A DNA stretch of 64,000 nt from the human T2T-CHM13v2.0 reference genome, Homo sapiens. A program made the position numbers and the translations under genes. This document shows positions 15,255 through 30,742 of the stretch, piece after piece (positions within the stretch are counted from its first letter, which is position 1; each line of letters starts with the position of its first letter). The notes below the pieces were generated by a model. That model made no database searches. It saw only the letters and a list, made by a program, of their open reading frames with translations, and was not told the DNA's origin. The stretch lies in the NCBI RefSeq assembly GCF_009914755.1, contig NC_060936.1; one strand, 5' to 3'.

Positions 15255-15557
15255 ACAGCAGGCTCACCCAGTAGCATCCTGTGCGGTCTAGGGAGGATGC
15301 CTCCTGCCTCTTCCAGCTGCTGCTGGCTCCCAGTGCTCCTTGGCCCATGCTGTATCTCTCCAATCTCTGCTTCATCTTTCCTGTGTCTTGGTCCTTTCCT
15401 TTTCTTATAGGGACACTAGTCATTCATTCAGGGACCTCTCTAAATCCAGAATGATCTCATTTCAAGATCCTTAACAAATTACACCTTCAGAGGCCCTATT
15501 TCAAAATAAGGCCACATTCTGAGACTGCAGGTGGATGCAGATTCTGGGGGGGACACT
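15255..15557 (-). mobile_element. MLT1 LTR fragment
   Basis: tcctgcctcttccagct...cttatagggacactagtcat...ccctatttcaaaataaggccacattctgag. Confidence 0.75.
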
Positions 15558-17817
15558 GGTCACCAGTGGGGTGAGTGCCCACAATGGCCTCCTGTGAGTG
15601 AGCTTCAGCCTGCCTGCTGGAGAAACAAGCACACTACACTGATGGCCCCCCACCTGTCCCTCATCTCTCGGTGGGGCAGGTGGAGTCCTCACCACCTCCC
15701 ACCCAGCCCTTGGCCACATACATCTTCAGTCACCAGCACTTTCCCCAGTGTATGGTGACTCTTCATGCTGACTCCAGTACCCCTGGCCTTGCCACCCATA
15801 GGTGACCCTGTGCTATGTGTAGCTCTGAGTATCTGAGCACTGGAAGGCAGAGCTGTGAAAGGGAGAGCACTGGCTTCAGAGTCAGACAGGGTGGAGAGCA
15901 TGTAACCTCCAACAGCTGGAACTTCAGAGAAGGGGTGAACTAGGAGACCTCAAAGTGCTCCACTAAAAGCAATGTGAAAAAGGCAGCCCACCACATCTCT
16001 GGGCAGACTGGTATCATTAGGCCAGCTATGCACCCTTGGGCAAGTTCCTTGATATCTCTGAGCCTCGAGCTGTCATCTGGGGATGGGGATGAATGGGGAT
16101 GAGTACCACCAACTGTGCAGGTTATCGTGAGGATTAAAGCAGGTTCTGATCATTTGCTGGACACTGATTCAGTCGGCTGTGGAGGGGTGTGAGGGCTGCA
16201 GTCAGTGGCAGAGCCACTGGGAGCCAGACGGGACCCCCTGTATAGCACTTTGGTGTTTCCTGAAATAGATGCTAGGTAAAGATTGGTCAAATGAAGAATG
16301 GATTCTAGTTCCAACTGTCACCAGGAACTTCAAAGCTGGCATCACCAAGGGCAGCCAGTCCTCCCCAAGCTGACCTCTGGCTCCCCACCAGTGATGGCGT
16401 CCAAGGGGGGCAGGCCCCTCCTGGCACAGCTACTCAGTCATGCCACTTAGGAGCAAGCTCTTCTCGAATCACTCTGATCTCTGCCACATGAGCAGCCACC
16501 CCCTCGTCCCTGCCTACCATTCCCCTAAACAGTGCTGCGGTACTGTTTTCAGAGACAGCGGCAGTTGGACAGCAGAGACAGGCCTGGCTCCCCAGGGGCT
16601 AACGAAGGAGTTGGGGGAGGATGCAAAGAAAGATCAAGACCAAGAAACCCCTGAAAGCAGCCGCTCCCAGGGTCCTGGCCAGGCCACCTCCGGCCACTCC
16701 CTCGGCGGCACACATTCGCTGAACACCTCGGACGGATGGCCCTCTCCCAGCCAGGCAGACGATTTTGTTTTCTCACCTTTAACACGGTGTATATTGAGTG
16801 CTGCTCCAGCAGGGTGCCAGGTACTTTGACGCGCGAGCCCAGCCCATCTTTTTCACAACCTTCCAGCGGGGCAGCTTGCAGAGAGGAAGGCCTATTCCTA
16901 GCTGCCACTGGCTGGCAAGTGGCAGAAGTGGGAAATGATGAACTAAGGTCTTCTTATTATTCTTTCCACAAAAACACAGCAGTCTTCTTGAAGGCCTATC
17001 CATCTTGGGAGGCCAGTGCAGACTGTGCCCTTGAGCCTGTGCTGAAACGTATGTGAAATCTATCTTCCCAGAGAACGGGAAGGACTTTCATCCCCCTCTG
17101 CAACTCAGCCCTTGGCACAGGAAGTGCACAGGAAAGTCAGGTGACTTTAACTTACTTTTTAGCAATGTTACTGAGGTATGACTGACATACAATAAGCTGT
17201 ACACATGTAAAGGAGCAGCTGGTGATTCTGACGTACGTTCACACTTTTGAGTCCATCACCCCACAGTGACAAGAACCCCAGGAACCGCAGGTTAGAAAAA
17301 GGCTAGAGCGGGCACAGACGGGCAGGTGGGGCTGGGAAGAATGAGTGCCCTCAGGACCCAGAGGGTCAGAGGAAGCTGCCTGGAAGAGGGGCATTCACAC
17401 CAGCCCTGCAGGAGGGGCAAGAGCTCTCAAGATGGAAATTGGGCTGACAGTAGGGGTCTTGGTGACAGGAAGGGCACAGGTAGTGCCTTGGGTCTCCAAG
17501 TCGGGGTGGCCTGAACCTCTCCCCTCCTGCCCACCTGCTCTGCCCTCAGGCCTGGGAGCCACAGCACAGGCTGGGGTTGAGAGGGGAGATCCCTCCCAAT
17601 GCTGCCTCCTCCCCAATCTAGACACTGGCACCTCCTGGTCCTCTCCGCCTGCCAGGGTGCCCTCACCTCTGAGATTGGCAGCAGCCTCCCTTGGCCTACT
17701 AGGGGTCCCAAAGAGGCCACCTAGGAGCCCGGAGATCTGAGCTCCAACCCTGGCCCTGTGGACCTCAATTTCCCCATATGTAAAATGGGAAACTATGCTC
17801 TCTGAGAGCCTAGCTTA

Positions 17818-18601
<784 letters not shown>

Positions 18602-18734
18602 TCATGCTGCCCATGGAGATCAGAAAAGCCTCCGAGAAGGACACAGCATGCTGGCTGGTCTGAAAGATGGGCAGAAGGACCCTTGAGATAACCTGGGGAC
18701 TCTTCTGTTTCAAAACATACTCACTAGGGTAGCA

Positions 18735-19685
<951 letters not shown>

Positions 19686-20724
19686 GCAAAACAAGACAAC
19701 AACCAATCAAGTAAGCCCAAAGCCCCTAGTCCCAAAAGAATTTCTTCCAAATGCTATAGAGACCTGATAGCCTGAGCCCCGTCCATGCAGACAGTAGGCA
19801 GGCCAGCGTTTTGCCCCTCAGAGGGCACACGACCTATGGGCCTGGCAATATCTTGGAGCTCATTTTGTTGGAGCTCGGACTGGGGGCTGTGGAGGCCAGA
19901 ACCCAGCGATGCATCCGCCTGTCTAAGACCCAGCTGGGGCAGGGCTGGCCAGCAGGGGCCTTAAGTGCATGGGAAACTTCCCAGTCAGTAGCTCTAGCAG
20001 GAACCTATGGCTTCCTGGTAACTACATGAGGGCTGAAGCACCTCAAACACAGCAATTAGTCCTCAGGCCGGAGACAGCACACACCAAGAACACAGAGGAC
20101 ACAGGTGCAGGGCACTAGCACCTGTGATGTGCAGCAGACCCCCTGCCCATCACCAAGCTGTCTATCCGACACCCCCAGCCTCAAGGCCTGCCCAGAGGAG
20201 AGCTGCCCAGCCAGCCAGCCTGAGCAGGAACACCAACAGCCTTGCCCCCAATCTCCCCTCCAAGCATGCTAGTGCCTGTCACAGAAGCACCTCTCCCGGC
20301 AATACCTGGTTTCTTTCACCTTTCTTTTTTAACAGGAAAGCAGACGTGTGCACACATGCTTGCTCACCCAGAAGGTGCACAGGGAAAGGCTCTGGAAGCT
20401 CAGAGGAGCAGCAATGACTCCAGCTAGCCCTTAGAGGCCACAGTGTCTCTGCCTAGCTGGGGAGGATGCCCATCTGTCCAACAAGCTCTCACGAAGGGCC
20501 CTGAGAGTGCTGATGCTCACGATCTGCAAGGCGGGAGATGTTTCCATCCTGCCACAATCCTAATCAATGGAGCTTCTCAAAAGACACTGCATGTGTCGGC
20601 TAGATGGACGGGGCCTGGCTGCACAGCTGCAGGAAGGTCTGAGCGTCTAACAGGGAACTATATGATGCTTAACAGTTACATTCATTCGAGGCATAAGGAT
20701 AGGTGTTCAAAAAAACCCTGAAGT

Positions 20725-21081
<357 letters not shown>

Positions 21082-22229
21082 CTATGCTCCAGAACAGCTT
21101 TGGGATCTCCTGGGGGCTGGAGGTCAGTCCTCCCGATCTTGACAGCCACCGGGAGGCCAGGTGGAGCTGAGGGGCTCCTGTGGTCTGGGTTCACCCTGGC
21201 TTGGGTGGGAATTGAGAAGCAGTAAGACAACAGCAGCACTGGCAGATCAGCCTGGTCCTTGAACACGCTGAGCTATTTCCAGAGTGCTCAGAGATGGGGG
21301 GCTGATTTAAGCTGCTTCCTCTCTCTCCACTCTCTAGAAATAATTATCGGGTAAGTGGTTCAAGAGGGAATTGAGTGGTCCTTCTGAAGCAGCTCAGAGC
21401 AAACAGCCCCCCGGAGAGGCTGGGTTCACCTTCCGTTCTTTTCCCAGCCAAGGCTCCCACATAGGGGAGCCTGGACAAACCCTTGCAGCTTCCTCAAGCT
21501 CCTCCCAGAAGGCAGCTGGGGCTGCAGGCTCTGCTGCGAGCTCACAGCTACCTCCCCTGACCTGGGTGGAAGGTGGGAGCCCAATAGGCGAAGCCAGTGA
21601 TGGGAGGTGGAGGCCCTGCTGAAGCCTTTCCCCCACACCAACGACTCAGTCTGATGCTGTAATTAAGGGGTTGTACAGCAAGAAGCTGGAGGAGGGCAAG
21701 CCCCACTGGGTCACAGGGACTGGAGGCACTGATATGCCCAGAGGAGCCAGAGCCAGGCTGACAGCAGGTTCATAATCAGTGTGGGAAGCCCGAAGACCCT
21801 CAGCCTGGAGGGAAGCTGCCGGGCTAGGCCATGCCAGGCACTGAGGGTGGACAGAAGGCCAGCAGGAGAGCTGGGATGGAACCTCTACATAGAAAGGACT
21901 GCAGCCAGGACTGCAGCAAGTGGGAGCAGTGGTCCCATCTGGGGTCAGCCAGAGGCAGCCAGGTCTTGTGTTCCAGGTTGATCAGGCACTGAGTAGGGAG
22001 ACTGGAGGTGTCTCCTAAGCAAGAGTCTCTGGCTCGTCAAAGGAGCCTGTCATCCTCAAACTCCTGTGTGCGTCTGTAAGTGAGCCACATGTCTGACACT
22101 GCTTTTTTGCAAGCAGTCAGGGTGGTGAGGAAAGCATGGAGCTGGGAGCTAGGAGACAGGCCCTGTGCTCCTTGGCAAGGCATTTAACATCTCTGGGCCT
22201 CATACGCCTTCCTGTCTGTAGAATGGGGT

Positions 22230-22737
22230 GTTATGGACTGAATGTCTCTGTCCCCCTAAAAGGCCTGACCCCCAGTGTGATGGTATTTGGAGATGGGGCC
22301 TTTGGGTGGTAATCAGGGCTAGATGAGATCATATGGGTGGGGCCCTCACAATGGGACTGGTGTCCTTAGAAGATAAGGAAGGGTGGAAGATGAGGGATTA
22401 CTTAATGAGTACAGGGTATTTGAGTGATAGATACCCTACAAGCACCATTTTCCAATCTGTGCATGCAACAAAATTACAGTTGTATCCTATACATTTACAC
22501 AAATAAAAAACAGAGGAGAAAAAGAAAAAGAGAAGACACCAGAGCCTGCTCACTCTCTGCCATGTTAGGAAACAGGGAGAAGGCGCCCATGTGCAAGCCA
22601 GGAAGAGGGCCCTCACCAGAAACCGCACTTGCCAGGCCTTGATCTGGGACTTCCGGCCCCCAGAACTGTGAGGAAGTGTGTTCCTCTACGCCCCCAGTTT
22701 GTGGTATTTACTGATGGCAGCCCAGGCAAACTGAAAC
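22230..22737 (+). mobile_element. MLT1A/MST-type LTR with a short L1MA-like 3' end (about 22375-22510) inserted
   Basis: LTR motifs tgttatggactgaatgt, gggccctcaccagaa and cagaactgtgag. The insert attacttaatgagtac...aacaaaattacagttgta...aaataaaaaa resembles an L1 terminus. Confidence 0.75.
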
Positions 22738-23044
22738 ATAGGAAAACATAGGGATAACGTCTGGGCCAGGGAGATAATGGTGCTGAACGCAAGGGCAAGT
22801 GTTCGCGTTGTAGGCGGCGGGACACAGTGCCGGAAAGCAATCTGATGCCGTGCGCCCATGGTGTGCTCTGTGCGCCTGGCATCGTGCCTAGAGGCCAGGG
22901 GTCCAGCACAATTCACACTTACCAGGAAGTTCTGGGGCAGGCACTGCACTGTGAAGGCCACAACTCCACCTAACCCACATGTGGTGTCTGTGCGCTGGCG
23001 CGACCCACCCTCACCCCATGACCCACCCTTGCCCCACGACCCAC

Positions 23045-23122
23045 CTGTATCATGTACAGCTGGGCGATGCGGTACTCCTCCACGGTCATTGGCAGAGGAA
23101 TCCGATATTCCTTTATAATCAT
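23045..23122 (-). CDS. PITPNM2: PITPNM2 first coding exon, CDS part (codons 1-26, MIIKEYRIPLPMTVEEYRIAQLYMIQ)
   Basis: The reverse complement reads ccaagATG ATT ATA AAG GAA TAT CGG...ATG ATA CAG|gtgggt. This is the canonical PITP N-terminus (KEYRIPLP..VEEY.IAQLY). The donor is phase 0 and joins in frame to the 2350-2564 exon. Too short to appear in the ORF track. Confidence 0.96.
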
Positions 23123-23217
23123 CTTGGAGTCCAAGCCTTCCCGTCGATGGGGAACTGCAAGTTGGGACTTCTAGGCAAGGTTCCTTAAATAACCATGACA
23201 AAATTCACCAAGGACCC
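23123..23217 (-). other. PITPNM2: 5'-UTR portion (95 nt) of the first coding exon
   Basis: Strong acceptor on the minus strand, ttctgttctgtcctctctgtctcccag|GGGTCC (CAG at 23218-23220). This implies one or more non-coding exons further upstream, none confidently located in this window. Confidence 0.8.
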
Positions 23218-23911
23218 CTGGGAGACAGAGAGGACAGAACAGAACAGTCACTTTCTGCAAAGGCTGGTGAATACCATAGCACAGAGGAAAGGCCCGGTCT
23301 ACACCTGAGGCTGGAATTGTGGCCTCTGATCAGGCATGATCCAACGGTGCAACTTTGAGCAGGTTCTCTCCTTTCCAACCTTTATTTTTCTTGTTTGCTA
23401 ACAGCTACCAAAAGGACAAGTGAGAGGCTATGTGTAAGCTCTCTGATCAACAAACAGCCACGGGGAAGTAAAGAATTGTCACTCCATAAACAAGGGCCAG
23501 GGTAAGAACACCGTGCTCTTGTTTTACTCACAATCCTAACAAGGTACAGCATCTATTTCCCCGGTACTGACACAGTGAGTAATGATAGCTGGTCATGGAA
23601 AAGCAGGCAGATCAAATAAAACTAAGCAGCACAGACATGAGACATTCACAAGTCAGCAGTCTGAGCCATGCCATTAGGGGCAGATGACATCACTACATCC
23701 CAAGGGGGAGACTCTGAGTGATTTAACGTTTGGTTTCAGTTCAATCCAATAAGAAACATTTATTGGCATCTATTTTATTCCTTCCATTGGGCTATGTCTG
23801 GGAAGTAGATGAGACAAGATAAGCAGAGAGTGTGCTCATAGCCACCTCTATTTAAGTGACAAAGAATATATTTGATGAAGATTTGTCCCTAAGCAATCAC
23901 ATTTTTTTTTA

Positions 23912-24341
<430 letters not shown>

Positions 24342-24382
24342 TTAACATGAAGCCAAGTGAAGGTTTTCAGGATGGATGATAA

Positions 24383-24634
<252 letters not shown>

Positions 24635-24959
24635 TAAGTGATAAAAGCAAGGGCCTGGCCAGTCAGGCAACTTCCCCAGGGCACGGCTCTCTATCGGGCA
24701 TTGGAGTATCACCCAGGTGCTAAAGCATTACTGGGTAGCTAACAAGGTTGAGAAAAACATTTATCAGAACTCTCAGGAATACCAGTAGACAGGGTTAAAA
24801 GAAGTTCTTAAATAAGCCACTTAGGGAGAAAGACAGAGAGAGGAAAGGTCTGATAAAGGGGCTCCATCCCTTGTGCTAGCCTAAAACAGCGGCTCCCAGT
24901 TGTTTAGTTCACAGCAGGTAGGAACGTCAGCCCGAAGCCCATTCAAATTCTCACATCCA

Positions 24960-25060
24960 TCCTGGCATTATGGGATGCCAAGGCAGGTGGACTGCTTGAG
25001 GTCAAGCAAGCTCAAGACCAGCCTGGGAAACATAGCAAGACCCTCCTCTCTATTAAAAAA
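24960..25060 (+). mobile_element. Alu left monomer (FLAM-like)
   Basis: ccaaggcaggtgga...caagaccagcctgggaaacatagcaagacc. Confidence 0.75.
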
Positions 25061-27315
25061 GAACCCAATTCTCACATCCAGTTGCTTTAAATATAGTCCA
25101 AGTGAAGCTCTTTTTTAGCCGATTAGAGCCTAGATACTTTATATACCCCAGAAACTGCACCCAACATCTGCTGGCTGTAGATAAGATAACCCTGGATCCC
25201 AGACCCCAACTGCCCCTTGGAGGTCTCTGACCCAGACTCCCCATGGTGCTGCTGAGCAGCATCACCTGGACACAGAAATCCCCTCTAGCTCCCCTCTCTC
25301 TGGGAAGTTTCCTTGCCCTGTTCCCCTCCTTGGGGTGGCCCCAGGCCCTGCTATATCCATAAGGACTCTTGCTAGGAGGGGCTTCCCCTCTCCTGCGACC
25401 TGTCCACCAGCCTTTCTGATCCCTGATCAACCCCAAAGCTCCCCAGAGGCTGTGCTCAAGTGAAAAAAGACCATTGCTGACCTTCTTCAAGGTCAATGGG
25501 TCTAGCTAACAGCCCATGGGACCTGCAAGTTTAGGGCCTGAGGCCCTGTGGAGTTCTTCCCCATACTCCCAGACTCAGCTCCGCCTAGGCCCACATGTCT
25601 ATTCTCACACCTGGCTGGAAGCTGAGGACACAGGAGAGAGAAGCAATGGCCCTACAGTCCCCAGGCTGCACCTTATCCTGTGAGGTGTGAAACAAGAGCT
25701 GGCTGGGCCGAAGTAGCAAGGGACCCAAGTCTGACACCTGGATGGACTTCCAGCTGGCTGGGAGGGTAGCACAGGCACCTGATCTGAGAAACTTACATAC
25801 ATAAAGGAGAGAGAGCTTTATGTTTGAGGGAAGTTGGAGGAAATTAGGGTTGGAGACGGGAAGGGAAAATTGAAGTTCAATGGGGGTTGTTTCTGAAGCT
25901 TCTTCACGTGGTTCTTCATTGAAGCCCCAGCATCGCCCAACTAGGAAGGCACAGCAGGTGCTTGGTGTGAAGCAGTACACCTGTGTGACGTGCAGCACCC
26001 ACTCCGCCTCTGTGGGGCCTCAGGTGGGCTCCTTTACTGTGGGGCAAATGCAGTGACCCAGAGTGGGCAAGTCTCATTTAGTCATCTAAATAACATGGTC
26101 AGACACAGACTCTAAATGTTCTTCAGAAACCTTACGAGTCTAAGCATTCTGCCCTTTGGGAGTCTTAACCCCTCCAGCGTACATGACCTGCCCTGCTCAT
26201 CCCCATGCAAATCAGTCCTTTCTCAATCCTCTCAGATTCCAGGCTCACCAGGCACTAGCAAGGTAGGACCCCCTGAGCCAGATTCATAATGTTCCTTAAA
26301 TGTCTCCATCACCTCAAATAACAACCAGGGGTGAAATCTCGCAGCCTGAGCCAGCACCCAGACACTGGCTTGGGTCTCTGATTTCAAAGGCTCTGTGAGC
26401 ACATGTCTGGAACAGATACCTAATGATGTTCCCCCACGGACAAGCTGTCAGGTGAGCTGTTAATTGCACAGGTGCTGTCCACAGCTCCGCTGGGATATTT
26501 TTGCGTGCAGGCAGAGGGACAGAGACAGAGAGGGAACACACACCTGGAGGGCCCAGAGGCCCCTTGGAGGCTCCTGGCACCTGGGTGGAGTGGGGCAAAG
26601 CTTAGGACCGTGCAAGGGCAGCAGCCACATGGTGGAAGAGCATCAGAAAGTGCAAGTGCTCAGGATGCAATTCCATCAAGGCTGGCTTAGGGAAAAGCAA
26701 CCGTGTTTCTGCCCACAAGGAACTAAAGAGCTGTAGAGGTAAGTAAGTAGGTACATACATGGATAGGAAGAAGGAAAAAACAAATAAATCGTTCTATATC
26801 TTACAGTTAAATGCACGGGTGACTAATAGGAGAGAGGACTCAGAACTCTAAGAGTGACACAGAATGTGACGGGAGGTGACAGTTTGGAGCTCACTCTGGG
26901 ATCTGACTGCAAAGCCTCACAATGCCTTTACCAGCTGTGTGACCTCCTGGAAAAGCCCCTGTACCTGCTGAGCCTCGGTCTCTCCATATATAAAATGGGG
27001 ATAATACTATCTGACTTCTGGAGTTACCATGAGTGTCATGAAAACAAGATAAGTTGCTCAGTCCAGAGGGGTCTCAGGAAAGGCTTCATGGAAGGCGGAG
27101 CCAGGCTCTCTGAGATCCATGGGATTCTGCTCGGCAGAGCTGAGGGCGGGTGTGAGAAGTACTCAATCCAGTAAGAAGGAACAGCGTGAGCAAAGGCCCC
27201 AGGGCAGGAACGTGGGGCTCCATTGAGTGGCTTCCCACCATGTGCCCCTGGCATGGCCAGGCTGCATCTTGGGGAGATGAGGTGGGGCTCTCTGAAGCAT
27301 GAGTTTAGGGGCTTA

Positions 27316-27830
<515 letters not shown>

Positions 27831-27989
27831 ATTATCTGATGTTGAAATCCAACTAACCAAAAAGATAAGTCAAAATGAGGTAATAAATGGAGAAATCCTG
27901 ATGAACACGGCATTGATATTTTGAAATCATGGCAATTATGTGATTGAACTGACTATCAAAACCTCAACACTGTACACAAATGATAATAC

Positions 27990-29040
<1,051 letters not shown>

Positions 29041-29176
29041 GCTTTTCTCTCACCTTTAACCTTTTAGGACTATTATCACTTACAATAAAGAAATCTTTTT
29101 CCTCAGTTTAGCAACTCCCATTTCACTTGAGATACATGAAAATTGATACATTTGTCTGGTTAAATTCAAATAACAT

Positions 29177-29393
29177 TAAATTTAATTTTTACCTTAAAAA
29201 CTCATGTAGAACATGATACTTTTTTAAAAAAAGATCATGTAGAACACGATACTTTTTTAAAAAAAGATCATGTAGAACATGATACTTTTTTAAAAAAAGA
29301 TCACGTAGAACATGATACTTTTTTTAAAAAAGATTAAATTTAATTTTTACTTTAAAAATTCATGTAGAACATGATACTTTTTTAAAAAAAGAT
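29177..29393. repeat. AT-rich minisatellite: five copies of a 33-nt unit plus two copies of a 26-nt unit (A-B-B-B-B-A-B)
   Basis: B = catgtagaacatgatacttttttaaaaaaagat, starting at 29203, 29236, 29269, 29302 and 29361. A = taaatttaatttttac(c/t)ttaaaaa(c/t)t, starting at 29177 and 29335. Confidence 0.95.
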
Positions 29394-30742
29394 TATTACT
29401 ACTCTGTACATGTCTGTTTGTATGAAGAGTGTGGAATAAACGTTGACTGAATGCTGGAGAGGGTTCCATCAGATGGATGGAATTTGTGGGCAACTTTTAC
29501 CTGCACTTTATTACCTGATGTTTCAGAAGGCAGCAGCTGTAGCATTTGAGTGGTGTGTGTGTAAACAGACAGAGAAGGGCTGGTAGTGTTGTGATTAAAA
29601 TAAAACAATCAGCTAGACCTTCTGCCACCTGTTAGCTGTGACAGTGGGCAAATTGCTTAATCCTTTGATCTTTCATTTTGTCTTCTGGGGGTAAGAACCA
29701 CCCCTGCCCAGCTGGGGTGTCTGTAGATTAAATGAGGTGATGCACATGAAGTGCTCAGCCCTGTTCCAACCAGTGTTCAACTAGCAAGAGTGAACAACAA
29801 GGTGGCACTGCTGTCCCTAGCAGGGTCTGGAAGGCGGGTCCCTGAGATATAGGGCCTGTGGGCTTCCTGGTAGGGCTGCCTACCCCCAGGTGCAGACAAT
29901 AAACCTAGGCCTGAAGGAGGAGCAGCCCTGCTGTGGTGCTGGTTGGCCTTACAGCCAGGCACGGACCTACTGGGGTGAGATAGGGTCCTCCTCACTTTCT
30001 CCCTGGTTGAGCTGAGGCCAGGGAGCATGGCAGACCCTCCCGTATCAGAGCAGTGTGACTTGTGTGTCTGCCTCTCCCTGGAGCCCCCTTGGCCCGAAGC
30101 TGAACCCTCCTCACTCAGACAATTTCATTACACCCAGTCCGGCTGCCTGGGTGCTAGCGAGACAGACACACATTTCATCTCGTCTCTGCCGGAGTCGTGA
30201 CGGGTTAGACAGAATTATGTTTTACTGCTGTCTGCAGGGCATCTTTTGGGGCCTGGCACAGACAGAGAAAAAAAAACACATACAGGTCTCCAGAGGCCCT
30301 TCAGGGAGGAAGGCCAGGCAAGGGGTCTGGGTGGTCGCCCACATGCACAGCCCACATGGCTCTGCTCCAGGGATGACAGGGACCCTTCCCTGGGCTTCAA
30401 ATGTGGCACCTGGGCCCTGGCCTTAGAAAAGTCTTCAGGTTCCAGACCCTGGCATTCACGACCCTAGAAAGAACCCCCAGCCCCATGTTCACTGATGTCT
30501 TTGAGTAAACACCTGGCCAGACCGTGTCAGAGTGGGGCCACTCAGGGAGGCCATGGAGCAAGAGACCAGCCGTGGGCAAGGCGCGAGGTGCAGGATGCAT
30601 CCAGACCAGGGTTCCAGGCACAGGCAGACGACCAAGAAGAGCTGTGAGGGATGTCACCCAAAGAATCAAGGGCATGGCTTCCCACCAAGACACAGAGCAC
30701 CAGCTGGGCCTCCCAGGCTGGAGCCCAAAGATCTTCCTGAAC

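Noticed and set aside
22776-22788. REST/NRSE left half-site (TTCAGCACC on the minus strand)
   Set aside because: The GGACAG right half is absent.
29177-29393. 33-nt palindromic repeats superficially like a CRISPR array
   Set aside because: Units are directly adjacent with no unique spacers, there are no cas genes, and the context is a human intron. It is a minisatellite.
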